Virus record (IMG/VR): IMGVR_UViG_3300036832_000322 | Coordinates: 1 to 31,948 of that record | DNA length: 31,948 bases | DNA from: a virus | Lineage: Duplodnaviria > Caudoviricetes | Reading direction: 5' to 3' (one strand) | In this document: piece by piece, positions 1 to 9,400 of the stretch | Numbering within the stretch: position 1 is the stretch's first letter | Layout of the letters: every line of letters starts with the position of its first letter | Translations under genes and position numbers: made by a program | The notes under the pieces: model-generated | What the model saw: only the letters and a program-made list of their open reading frames with translations | Told to the model about the DNA's origin: nothing | The model's database searches: none

Positions 1-293
1 ATCTCGAACTGTTGCACGACGGCGAACGGCGGATCACCGTGCGCGCCGTCCAGGGCGACCGGGTGAAAGATCTCGGCGTCGTCGTGTTCCCCTGTGAGAT
101 CTATCGCGACGTGTGGGCCGCGACCAAAACCTACGAGCGCGGCGACTGTGTCACGTACAGCGGATCGGAGTGGCACGCCAACACAACGACGACGGCGAAA
201 CCGGGCGACGGATCGGCCGCGTGGACGTTGAAAGTCAAACGCGGGCGCGACGGCAAGGACGCGACGACGAGCGCGATCGGAGCGCGCCACTAA
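1..293 (+). CDS. 3' end of a head-associated phage protein (family found between portal and head-tail connector genes)
   Basis: Open frame from the window edge. C-terminal motif YRDVW..KTYERGDCVTYSGSEW..TTAKPG..WTLKVKRGRDG. Its TAA overlaps the ATG of the connector gene. Confidence 0.6.
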   Translation, partial: LELLHDGERRITVRAVQGDRVKDLGVVVFPCEIYRDVWAATKTYERGDCVTYSGSEWHANTTTTAKPGDGSAAWTLKVKRGRDGKDATTSAIGARH

Positions 294-643
294 TGGCCAC
301 GCTCGTCACGCTCCCGCAAGTCAAGGATCATTTGTTGATCCCGATTGTCGCCAACGATCCCGGCGATCCCGATCTCCAACTCAAGCTCGACGCCGCGGAA
401 GCGGCGATCCTCGACTACGTCGGCGCGACGGTCTATTGGCGGCCGATCGTAGCGACATGGCTCGATGGGAGCGTGACGCCGCCGGGGTTTGTCCTGGCCG
501 CGATTCTGTTGCAGTGCGGCGAGCTCTGGCGGTTTCGCGGGGATGATCTGAACGTCGCCGGCCCGATGCGGACACCCGGCCAGGATTTTTCTGATGTCGT
601 CGTCAACTTGTTGCGGCGCACGCGCGATCCGGTGGTCGCATGA
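293..643 (+). CDS. head-tail connector (HK97 gp6 / SPP1 gp15-like)
   Basis: ATG at 293 (TAATG coupling). LVTLPQVKDHL..D..LQLKLDAAEAAILDY, AAILLQCGELWRFR and V.NLL.R.RDP are typical of this family. Confidence 0.85.
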   Translation: MATLVTLPQVKDHLLIPIVANDPGDPDLQLKLDAAEAAILDYVGATVYWRPIVATWLDGSVTPPGFVLAAILLQCGELWRFRGDDLNVAGPMRTPGQDFSDVVVNLLRRTRDPVVA

Positions 644-1020
644 GCCCGGCGCTCTCCCAAAACGCGCGGCTCGCGTTGCCCACGCCGGCGGGCCGGCGGA
701 TCCACTGGATCACATTACAGAACCCCGCGCCGCTCGTGCCCGACGGCGACGGCGGGTTTACCGGCGGCGGGTTGGCCCCGTGCGATCCGGCCGGCGTGCG
801 CGGCGAGATCCGCGAGCCGAAAGGGCGCGACGAGGAATATCTCGCGGCGGCGACGGTGGTCCCGATCGCGACGCGCCTGGTGACGATTCCCTATCACCCG
901 CAAGTCACGACGAAAACCGTCGTCACGTTCAACGGGCGGACGTTCAACGTCACCGGGATCGACAACCTCGACGAACGCAACATCGAGCTCCGGTTGTTTT
1001 GCGTGGAAGTGATCGCATGA
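640..1020 (+). CDS. head closure / head-tail adaptor (HK97 gp7 / SPP1 gp16-like)
   Basis: AGRRIHWITLQ..DGDGG..VTIPYHPQVTTKTVVTFNGRTFNVTGIDNLDERNIELRLFCVE. ATGA overlap and expected position. Confidence 0.85.
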   Translation: MSPALSQNARLALPTPAGRRIHWITLQNPAPLVPDGDGGFTGGGLAPCDPAGVRGEIREPKGRDEEYLAAATVVPIATRLVTIPYHPQVTTKTVVTFNGRTFNVTGIDNLDERNIELRLFCVEVIA

Positions 1021-1442
1021 ACCGCTTGTACTTTGAGGGGCTCGATCTCGACGAGTGGGCCGGGTGGCCGGATACCCTCATGCACGACGCCGAGGCGATC
1101 GTCACCGAGCACGTGGAAGGCGCCAAAGCCGCGATCGCCGCGGCGTATCCCCTCGAGGCGGCGGCCCTGGCGGCGCGGCTCGAGTCGACGATCCAGCCGG
1201 ACGGCTATCGGATTCTCGCGAAAGTCCGCAACGCGCACCCGCTCGCGTGGATTTACGACCACGGCACCATGGCGCGCCACGTCGAGACGGGCGCGAACCG
1301 CGGCGCCGAGCCCCCGAAACATATCTTTGTGCCGCTCGCGTACGACTGGGCGCGCCGACAGTACGACGCCTTGAAGGCGATGCTCCAGGGGATGGGGTTT
1401 ATCGTGTCCGGCGACATGGACGACGAGGATCGCATTGCCTGA
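1017..1442 (+). CDS. HK97 gp10-like neck protein
   Basis: ATG at 1017 (ATGA overlap). FEGLD start, AWIYDHGT..R..G..PPKHIFVP motif, position between closure and terminator genes. Confidence 0.7.
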   Translation: MNRLYFEGLDLDEWAGWPDTLMHDAEAIVTEHVEGAKAAIAAAYPLEAAALAARLESTIQPDGYRILAKVRNAHPLAWIYDHGTMARHVETGANRGAEPPKHIFVPLAYDWARRQYDALKAMLQGMGFIVSGDMDDEDRIA

Positions 1443-1884
1443 TTCAAGCGCGATCGATCGGGCCGTGATCGGGTACCTCGGCGCCGACGCGACGCTCGCG
1501 GGGCTCATGCCGGGCGGGGTGTGGTACCAAGTGGCGCCGCCGAACTCCCAACAATTCGTGATCGTCTCGCTCGTCGAGAGCGTCGAACAAATCATGTTTG
1601 GCGGCCGCGCCTGGGAATCGGCGCTCTATCTCGCGAAGGCCGTCGAGTTTTCGTCGCCGACGGTGCCCCATAGCAACGCGCGCGCGGCCGGCGATCGGAT
1701 CGATGCGTTGCTCGATCCGCAACCCCCGGCGCCGCCGGCGCCCCTGACGATTACCGGGTACGGGGTGATGAACCTGCAACGCGAGGGGCGGCGCGTCTAC
1801 GATCGCGAGCCCATGGCGAATGACGCGACGTTGATTTGGACGCATTGCGGCGCGATGTATCGCGTATGGGCCGAGCCGGCCTAG
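1435..1884 (+). CDS. tail completion/terminator protein (DUF3168-like)
   Basis: AIDRAVIGYLGADATLAGLMPGGVWYQVAP..FVIVS N-terminus and HCGAMYRV C-terminus. Lies just before the tail tube gene. Confidence 0.75.
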   Translation: MPDSSAIDRAVIGYLGADATLAGLMPGGVWYQVAPPNSQQFVIVSLVESVEQIMFGGRAWESALYLAKAVEFSSPTVPHSNARAAGDRIDALLDPQPPAPPAPLTITGYGVMNLQREGRRVYDREPMANDATLIWTHCGAMYRVWAEPA

Positions 1885-1896
1885 AAGGGGATCACG

Positions 1897-2313
1897 ATGG
1901 CAGCAACCGATCGGCACCATGGCAAAAGCGGGATCGTCGAGATGGATCCGACCGGGGGCGCGACGCCCGTCGCCGTCGCGTCGCTCGAGTACTGGGATCT
2001 CGACATGGCGACGCAAAAAGTGAAAGTCACGGCGTTTGAAGATCCCAACGAGATTTACGTGATCGGCCGGCCGGATATCAAAGGGACGTACAAAGGCTGG
2101 TACGATTCCGTCGACGGCCTCGTGATTTTCGACGCGATCCAAAGTGCGACGGCGCCGTCTCTGAAACTCTTACCCGTGGCGAGCGACACCACACACGCGT
2201 TTGCGGGGAAAGGGTGGATGGACGGAAAAATCACCGTCGACTCGAAAGGCGCCGTGGCGATCAATGGGACGTTTGTCGCCGCGGGCCCGTGGACGTTGCC
2301 GACGGGGCCGTGA
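1897..2313 (+). CDS. major tail tube protein
   Basis: RBS AAGGGG. HHGKSG..W.LD...KVKVTAFED....YVIGRPDIKGTYKGWYD..V.I.GTF...G is a lambda-V/TP901-type tube pattern. Confidence 0.8.
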   Translation: MAATDRHHGKSGIVEMDPTGGATPVAVASLEYWDLDMATQKVKVTAFEDPNEIYVIGRPDIKGTYKGWYDSVDGLVIFDAIQSATAPSLKLLPVASDTTHAFAGKGWMDGKITVDSKGAVAINGTFVAAGPWTLPTGP

Positions 2314-2316
2314 CGC

Positions 2317-2616
2317 GTGGCCGGCCAGGTGTTTCCGTCCGTCGTCGAGGGCGTCGTCGCCGAGCTCCGGTGGTCGTACTACACGGCCGCGGCGATCAAC
2401 GGCTACCGGCTCGCCTGGGATCGGGCCGCGCGCCGGTGGTCGCTTGCGGCCACGGTGGTACTTGCCGACGCCTTCAAAATCGCGCAACGGCCGCTCGTGT
2501 TCGTGGCGCTCGTGCGCGGCGCCGCGTGGGAATTTGACGTGCTGTCGTTTGAACTCCCCGGATTGCGCGGGCCCCTGACGGCCCGGCTCGGGTTGCCGCG
2601 GACGCAACGCCGATGA
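2317..2616 (+). CDS. hypothetical tail-module protein (tube-like beta fragment)
   Basis: GTG start 3 nt after the tube stop. TGA overlaps the next ATG. Codon usage fits the rest of the phage. Confidence 0.55.
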   Translation: MAGQVFPSVVEGVVAELRWSYYTAAAINGYRLAWDRAARRWSLAATVVLADAFKIAQRPLVFVALVRGAAWEFDVLSFELPGLRGPLTARLGLPRTQRR

Positions 2617-3107
2617 GGCCGGCCGGGTGGCGATTCGTCGACGGCGCGACGCGCCGGCTCGAGCTCGCCGAGGGGGATTGGATCCTCGTGAAACAACGCC
2701 TCACGGCCGGCGAGCGCAACAAGCATTACGAGCGCCAGTACACGATCACCGAGGCGGGCACCCTGGCGCCCAATGTCGCCATGCGCGCCGGCCTCTCGAT
2801 GATCCTCGCCTATCTCGTCGAGTGGAATCTCACCGACGCGACGAGCCGGATCGCCCCGTTGCGCGGGGTGCCCGGCGAGGATCCGATCCCGATCATGACG
2901 GCGGCGCTCGAGCAACTCGATCCCGAGAGTTATGACGAAGTGCTCCAAGCGATCAAACGCCACGAGCTCGACATGATCGCCACGCGCGAGGCCGAAAAAA
3001 AAACCCGCATTGGCGCGCCCGCGTCACCCGCGATCTCGCCATTGCCCGACGGTACCACTGGACGTACGAGTACGTCGGCACCCTCGATAGCGATGTCTAC
3101 ACCGTGA
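2613..3107 (+). CDS. tail assembly chaperone G (zero frame)
   Basis: Lies before the tape measure gene. YLVEWNLTD motif and an EAEKK slippery A-run at 2995-3003. Confidence 0.75.
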   Translation: MRPAGWRFVDGATRRLELAEGDWILVKQRLTAGERNKHYERQYTITEAGTLAPNVAMRAGLSMILAYLVEWNLTDATSRIAPLRGVPGEDPIPIMTAALEQLDPESYDEVLQAIKRHELDMIATREAEKKTRIGAPASPAISPLPDGTTGRTSTSAPSIAMSTP

Positions 3108-3142
3108 TCCTCGAGGAGATGGCGCGCGAGCTCGCCGAGTAA
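2613..3142 (+). CDS. tail assembly chaperone GT made by -1 programmed frameshift
   Basis: A AAA AAA at 2996-3002. The -1 frame reads NPHWRARVTRDLAIARRYHWTYEYVGTLDSDVYTVILEEMARELAE* and stops at 3140-3142, 6 nt before the tape measure ATG. Confidence 0.75.
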
Positions 3143-3148
3143 TCCACT

Positions 3149-4591
3149 ATGGCCGTCACCGGAAAATTCGACGCCGATTTTTCAGACTTCAAAAATGAAG
3201 TCGACGAATCGACGGTGAAACTCAAAGCGATGGAAACCGAGGCCGACGCCGTGGGCGCGGCCGTCGATAAGGCGCTCACGCCGAAAGGCGGCGCCGGCTC
3301 CGCGCTCGAGGGGATGACGGGGGCGCTCGGCAACCTGAATACGGCCGCGGCCTCGACAACGACGACGCTCGCGCAACTCGCGATGGAGAATGACGCCATT
3401 GCGGCGAGTAGCGTCGCCGTGGTGACGACGACGGAGATGGAAGCGGCCGGTTTTCTCACCGTGCAGAGCACGACGGCCGAAACGGTGGCCGGGCTGATGA
3501 GCGCGGCGGGCGCGGCCGAGATTTTCGGCTCGGCGATTATCGGGTGGAAGATCGGCCGGGCCGTGTCGGATTTTTTCGATCTCGATAAGGTGATCGGCAA
3601 CGCCACGGCGTCGTTACTCGGGCTCGGCAACGTGGCGGGCGAAACCGCGGGCGCCAAGCTCGATACGCTCGCGAAGGCCTCGCAAGAGGCCGGGTATCAG
3701 GTCACCAACTTATCCGAGGCGATCCAGATCCTCACCGACAAGAATCTCGAGCGGCTCAAGGCGACCATGCAAGGCCTGGCCGCCGGCGCCAGCGACAAGA
3801 TTTTTTACGAGTGGGCGAAACAGATCGAACAACTCACCCAAGCCGGGTTGATACCGCAACTCACGAAGGATCTCGACTCGCAAGCGTTCAGCGTCAAAGA
3901 GCTCTCGGACATGTACGGCGGCCCGGGCGGGGGATTAATCGGGGCGATCTCGGAATACCAACGCGAGCTCACCAAGCAACGCGCCGCCGAAAAAGACGCC
4001 GATCGGGAGCACGCCGATTTTTTAAAAGAAGTGCAAGGGATCCTCAAGGATCAAGACGCCGAGAAAAATAAACAAGAGACGCTCGACGCCAAGGTGCGCG
4101 AGCTCGAGCGGAATCACCTCGTCGAGATGGGCGGCGGGTTGCTCGGGTTGAGCCGGATCCAGCAAGAGAGCTCGCAAAAAGATTTTGAAAATACCGTCAA
4201 GCAAATCACCGCGCACGAGAAACTCGTCGCCACGCTCGCCCAAGAAGTCCAGGCGGCGACGGCGCTCAACTCGGCGCGCACGCTCGGGCCGACGACGCCC
4301 GACGCCGCGGGGGACGCCGCGAGCCGGCGCGACGCCGCGATCGACCGAGCCAACGCGCAACAGAAACTGACCGGGGTCGACATGTCGCAAGTGATCGTCG
4401 ACGCGTGGTTCAAGTTCGATGAACAAACCGGCGCGCGCAAGCCGCTCGCCGGCACGACGGGCACGGGCCCAACCGTCAATATGAACGTGAGCGGCGTGTT
4501 TGACATGACGACGGTGCGGCAAATGACCGACGCGATCTCCGCGGAATTGATGCGACGCACGGGCGCCGATCGGTATCTCCCGGCGCGGTAA
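3149..4591 (+). CDS. tape measure protein (short, 480 aa)
   Basis: MAVTGKFDADFSDF N-terminus, Ala/Gly-rich helical body, GWKIGRAVSDFF motif, C-terminal TVNMNVSG..ISAEL. Follows the chaperone. Confidence 0.8.
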   Translation: MAVTGKFDADFSDFKNEVDESTVKLKAMETEADAVGAAVDKALTPKGGAGSALEGMTGALGNLNTAAASTTTTLAQLAMENDAIAASSVAVVTTTEMEAAGFLTVQSTTAETVAGLMSAAGAAEIFGSAIIGWKIGRAVSDFFDLDKVIGNATASLLGLGNVAGETAGAKLDTLAKASQEAGYQVTNLSEAIQILTDKNLERLKATMQGLAAGASDKIFYEWAKQIEQLTQAGLIPQLTKDLDSQAFSVKELSDMYGGPGGGLIGAISEYQRELTKQRAAEKDADREHADFLKEVQGILKDQDAEKNKQETLDAKVRELERNHLVEMGGGLLGLSRIQQESSQKDFENTVKQITAHEKLVATLAQEVQAATALNSARTLGPTTPDAAGDAASRRDAAIDRANAQQKLTGVDMSQVIVDAWFKFDEQTGARKPLAGTTGTGPTVNMNVSGVFDMTTVRQMTDAISAELMRRTGADRYLPAR

Positions 4592-4613
4592 AACGAGGAA
4601 AGGGATCACACAC

Positions 4614-5054
4614 ATGGGCGCCGCACAAGCGACGGATTACCTCGAGAATCTGTTCATTGATCATTTGTTCCGCACGCGCACGTGGGCGAAACCGACGGCG
4701 TTGTGGATGGCGCTCTTTACCGCGGCGCCGACGGACGCCGGGGGCGGGACGGAAGTCGCCGGCGGGGGGTACGCGCGCGTGAGCTTACCCCCGCTCGATG
4801 CCAACTGGAACGCCACGCAAGGCGGGACGTCGGGCAACAGTAGCGGATCGGGCGGCGCCACGGCGAACGCCGTCGCGATCGTGTTTCCGGCGCCGTCGGC
4901 CAATTGGGGCACGGTGAGCCATTTCGCGGTGATGGACGCGGCGACGGGCGGCAATATGTTGATCTGGGACGTGCTGACGGTGCCCCGGACGATTATCAGC
5001 GGGGATCCGGCGCCGTCGTTTGCGATCGGGGCGCTCGCCGTCACGATCGGCTAA
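4614..5054 (+). CDS. virion structural / tail-associated protein
   Basis: TDYLEN..IDHLFR..ALFTAAPTDAGGGTEV.GGGYARV..ANWGTVSHFAVMDAATGGNML is a common phage tail-region family. Confidence 0.75.
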   Translation: MGAAQATDYLENLFIDHLFRTRTWAKPTALWMALFTAAPTDAGGGTEVAGGGYARVSLPPLDANWNATQGGTSGNSSGSGGATANAVAIVFPAPSANWGTVSHFAVMDAATGGNMLIWDVLTVPRTIISGDPAPSFAIGALAVTIG

Positions 5055-5065
5055 GGCGGCCACCC

Positions 5066-6127
5066 ATGGCGCAAGTACTCAAGCATCTCAAAAACAGCAC
5101 GATCGCCGACGGGCCCGATCCCAATCAGGTGAACCCGTCGGATTGGAATGCGGCGCACGTGTTTTCGGGCGGCGCGCTCGGCGGGTTGCTGATGCGTGAC
5201 ACGGGCGATCCGACGTACGGCGCGACCTGGCTCGCCAGTGTCGCCGCCGGGAGCGTCTTGATCTCGAATGGCGTCGGCGCCGCGCCGACGTGGGCCGCGT
5301 CGCTCACGCTCGGCGGGAATCTCACTGTCAATGGCGTGGTAACCGTCACCGTGCTGGGCGCGCATAACTTCATTTCGAGCGGCGCGGGGATCAACCGCAT
5401 TGCGATCTGCAATACGGCCGCGGGTACCGGAAACCTGAGCCAGCTCTTGATCGGCAACGATACAAGCCAGACGCTGTTACAGATCAATTCGCAGTCGTCG
5501 AATTATGCGTCGTCGGGTGTCGGGGATTACGCCGGGGGATCGATTCTCGCGCAATCCGGCGCCGGCGGCCTGACGCTCAACGCGAGCAACGCGGCGGGCA
5601 AGATCGAATTGTGGACGAACGGCGCGAAACGCTGGACGGTGAACAGTCTCGGGTATTTCGTCAATGGCAACCCCGCGTCCGCGGGCACCGTCTATACGAA
5701 CCTCACGCCGGGGTTACTCGTGCTCGGCAACCCGGCGGGCGGGCAACTAGCGGTATCGTTTCAGAATGACACGGGGCAGTGTGGATCGATCCAAACCAAC
5801 GCCAATACCACGGCGTATCTGCAAACGTCGGATGCGCGCCTGAAAACCGATCGCGGCCTCGCGCGCTCGACGACGATCCTCGAGCGAACCGAGATCCACG
5901 AGTACGACTGGCCCGACGGGACGCCCGGCCGCGGGGTGTTCTCGCAAGACGCGTATACGATCCTGCCGGTCGCCAACGCGCCCGGGACCGACGAGCGGGA
6001 CGCCGCGGGGCGCCTCGTCCGTCCGTGGTCAACGGATTACTCCAAGTACGTGCCGGATCTCATTGTCGGGTGGCAACAGCACGCCGCGCGGATTGCCGCG
6101 CTCGAGGCCGCCGTCGCGCGGGGGTGA
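5066..6127 (+). CDS. tail fibre/spike with C-terminal intramolecular chaperone (peptidase S74-like)
   Basis: ATG at 5066. Gly/Asn/Ser-rich beta body, then TSDARLKTD..EYDW..GVFSQD..DYSKYVPDLIVGWQQ..RIAALE. Confidence 0.85.
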   Translation: MAQVLKHLKNSTIADGPDPNQVNPSDWNAAHVFSGGALGGLLMRDTGDPTYGATWLASVAAGSVLISNGVGAAPTWAASLTLGGNLTVNGVVTVTVLGAHNFISSGAGINRIAICNTAAGTGNLSQLLIGNDTSQTLLQINSQSSNYASSGVGDYAGGSILAQSGAGGLTLNASNAAGKIELWTNGAKRWTVNSLGYFVNGNPASAGTVYTNLTPGLLVLGNPAGGQLAVSFQNDTGQCGSIQTNANTTAYLQTSDARLKTDRGLARSTTILERTEIHEYDWPDGTPGRGVFSQDAYTILPVANAPGTDERDAAGRLVRPWSTDYSKYVPDLIVGWQQHAARIAALEAAVARG

Positions 6128-6130
6128 TCG

Positions 6131-6490
6131 GTGGCGTTTGCGCGTGTCCTGACGTTTGACGCCAACGGCCGCGGCCAACGGCGGTTTGAGATCGTCTATG
6201 CGGCGATCCTGCTCGGCGCGCCCAAAGGCGCGCGCGGGCTCGAGACGATTCGCCGCGAGGCGCGGATCCTCGACGCGCTCGACGCGATCAGTACGGCCGA
6301 CGGCGCGGCCGGCCCCGGGCCGATCCCCGCGCGTCAGGTAACGCCAGGCGCCCGGCTCGTGCTCGCGCAACCCGAGTGCGAGCTCGTCGGCCGGTACCTC
6401 GAGGCCGTCGAGTGGGCGCCGGCGGCGTCGCGGGACGTGATCGACGCGGCCGATTGGGTGAGCGCGGCCGCGACGCACGAGGATCCCTAG
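6131..6490 (+). CDS. hypothetical protein following the fibre gene
   Basis: GTG start 3 nt after the fibre stop; ends 2 nt before the next ATG. Confidence 0.6.
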   Translation: MAFARVLTFDANGRGQRRFEIVYAAILLGAPKGARGLETIRREARILDALDAISTADGAAGPGPIPARQVTPGARLVLAQPECELVGRYLEAVEWAPAASRDVIDAADWVSAAATHEDP

Positions 6491-6492
6491 AC

Positions 6493-9400
6493 ATGGGCGG
6501 CGCGTTTTACGCGCGCGCATTTAACGGCGTCGGCTTTTTCGTCGGCGTGTTGCTCACGACGTCGGCGATCACCGTCGCCGCCTCGGGCACGTTGAGCGCG
6601 CCGGCGCCGCTCGAGAGCGACTCGACGATCGTCGTGAGCACGACGGCAGCGCTCCGGGCGCCCGTGGTCTTTGCGAGCGACACGCAGATCACGATCGCGA
6701 CGGCCGCCGATCTCCAAACCCTCACCGGGATCGCCGCGGCGTCGGGGATCGCGCTCAGCGTCACGCCGCCCCGTCTGACGGCCGTCGACAATCCCCTCAA
6801 CAGTGGCGCGGGCGCCTTCTACGGCGTCGCCTTCTATTACCCGGCGTTTGCGTACGGACAATCGTACGCGGGGATCCTCGTCGCGAGTCACGTCGAGCTC
6901 ACGGCGCCGATCGTGTTCCGCGAGAGCGCGGCGATCGCGATCAGTGCCGTCGGTCAAATCAGCCTCAAGCCCATCCTGGCCGGCTCGAGCCGGATCGCGA
7001 TCGGCGTCAATGCGACGTTGATCGTCGCCGGCGTCGCGGGCTCAACGCCCGTGCTCGTGATTGGCGGGCAACCCTGGACGGCGCGCGTCGGCTCGGTGGT
7101 GATCCGCGATGTCGTCAATGAACAAGTCAACACGCTCGAATGCGTGATCGATGCGCCCTGGGGCGCGCCGGCCCCCGGGTACGATCTCCGGCTCGGCCTC
7201 GGCTCCACCTTGCCCGATCGGTTGATTTTCGGCGGCGTGATCCAAAGCGTCGACTCGACGTTTACGCTGACGACAGAACACGCGGCGTGGATCGTGCGCG
7301 CCGTCGATTACGGCGTCTTGCTCAATCGGCGGCAAGTGCAATGCACCTATACCAACGTCCCCGCGACGACGGCCGCGCTCGAGCTCCTAGCGAAATTCTC
7401 CAGCGGGTTTACCGGCAACCATATCGCCGCGGGCTTGCCGGCGATCACACTTGCGATCACCGACGGCAATTTAAGCGCGGCCTTCACCGAGATCGCGAAT
7501 TTGATCGGCGGGTACTGGTACGTCGACTACAGCCGCGACGTGCATCTGTTCGTGAGTGAAACCGATCCCGCCACCGATCCGCACCCGCTCGACGGGACGC
7601 CGCCCGAGCCCCTCGCCGATCCGATCCTCACGATGCGGAGCGATAACAGCCAACGCCGCACGCGGATCCTCGTCGTCGGCGTCAGTGTCGGACTACTTGC
7701 GGCCGTGCGCGCGACGGATGGGCAACTCCCGATCGACACGGCGGCCCCCTTCGCGGGCGCGGGCGCCCTGGCGGAATTTGGGAGCGACGGCGTGCGCGTG
7801 GGCTATGCGAGCACGGCGCCCGGCGACGCGAGCGGGATCCTCACGGGCAACGTCGCGGCGCCGGGGACGGCGCCCGATCGCGATCTCGCCGTCGGCGTCG
7901 CCGGCCAACTCGCCGGGTGGTATCAATGGGCCGTCAGTTTCGGGACGGCGAACGGCGAGACGCCGATCGGGCCGCGCACGGCGTCGCTCTTTTGTCCGAC
8001 GTTCACGACGCCCGGCGCGGCGCCTGGCGTCGGTCCCGCGGGCACCGTCGGCCCCCTCGTCGGCGGGTACTGGTGGGCCGTGTCGTATGTGACGACGATC
8101 GGCGAGACACTCATCGGCGCGGGCGCGTTTCGCAACGCGATCGGGCTCACGGCCGGCGCGACGAATTTGCTCGTGGGCCCGGCGGCGATCTCGCGCCTCA
8201 AGGCCGGGGCGTACACGTGGGTAACGACGTACCTGACGGCGTACGGCGAAACCGTGGCCGGGCCCGGCGTGACGGCGACGCTCGGCGATCTCGCGACGCC
8301 AGGCGCGCCGAGTATCGGCACGGCCGCCGGCGCCGGCCCAATTCCGATCGGCGTGAGCACGTTTTACCGCTGTACGTTCGTATCGCAAGACGGCGAAACG
8401 GCCGGCGGCCCCCCCATCGGTTACGCGCCGCCAGCGTTTGCGGGGCCGTCGCTTGTCTATCAAGGCGCGTACGCGCATGGCGGGATTTACGGCGGCCCGT
8501 ACGCGTACGGCGTATCGATTGTCACGGCCGCCGGTGAGTCGGCGATCACGAGCTCGATCAACGTGGGATCAAATTTTTTCACGGCGGCGCCGCAAACGGC
8601 ACCCACGTGGACGGGATCCCAAGATACGCAGGGCCGGATCCAACCCGCGTTTACGTACCTCTACGCCGCGAGCTTTTTCAGCGACGCGTACGGCGAAACG
8701 GGGCTCAGTTATGCGTACTCGCTCAACGTCGGGGGCACGCTCACGATCCGCGTGCTGATGAGTGTCCCGGCGTTGCAAGGCGGTGCCGACGGGATCCGAA
8801 TTTACCGCGCGCAAGCCAACGGCCCGTTTACCCTCAACGCCGAATTTCGGCGGGCGAGCTATCCCTCGCAGTATTGGGACGTGTTGGCGCAAGGCGAGCA
8901 AGGCGGGACGTACCCGGCGCAATCGGTCAAGGCCGGCGTACAAATCGCGCTCACGCTCGGCGCGTCGCCCGAGGCCGGCGTCGTCGCGCGCCGGATCTAT
9001 CGCAACAAGGCCGGCGGCCCCGACTGGTTTCTCGTCGGCGAAGTGCAATCGAATACGGCCGTGACGTGGACCGACGTCGCGTTTGATCAAAATCTCACGA
9101 CGCGCAATCCCGTCACCGGCCTGGCCGGCCGCACGGCGTCGCTCACCGGGATCCCGATCGGGCCCGTCGGGACGATCGGCCGGCGGATCTATCGCTATCG
9201 CACGAGCGCGTACTATCTCGTCGGCGAGATCAAAGACAACTCGAGTAGCACGTGGATCGACGGCGCGGCGGATAGTGCGCTCACCGTCGTGTGTCCCGAG
9301 CTCAATACGGCCGGCGCGCGGTACGCAAGCGCCGGACAACCGATCGTGTCGATCCCCACGGGGCCGCCAGGCGTGACGGGCCGGCGCGTCTATCGGACGC

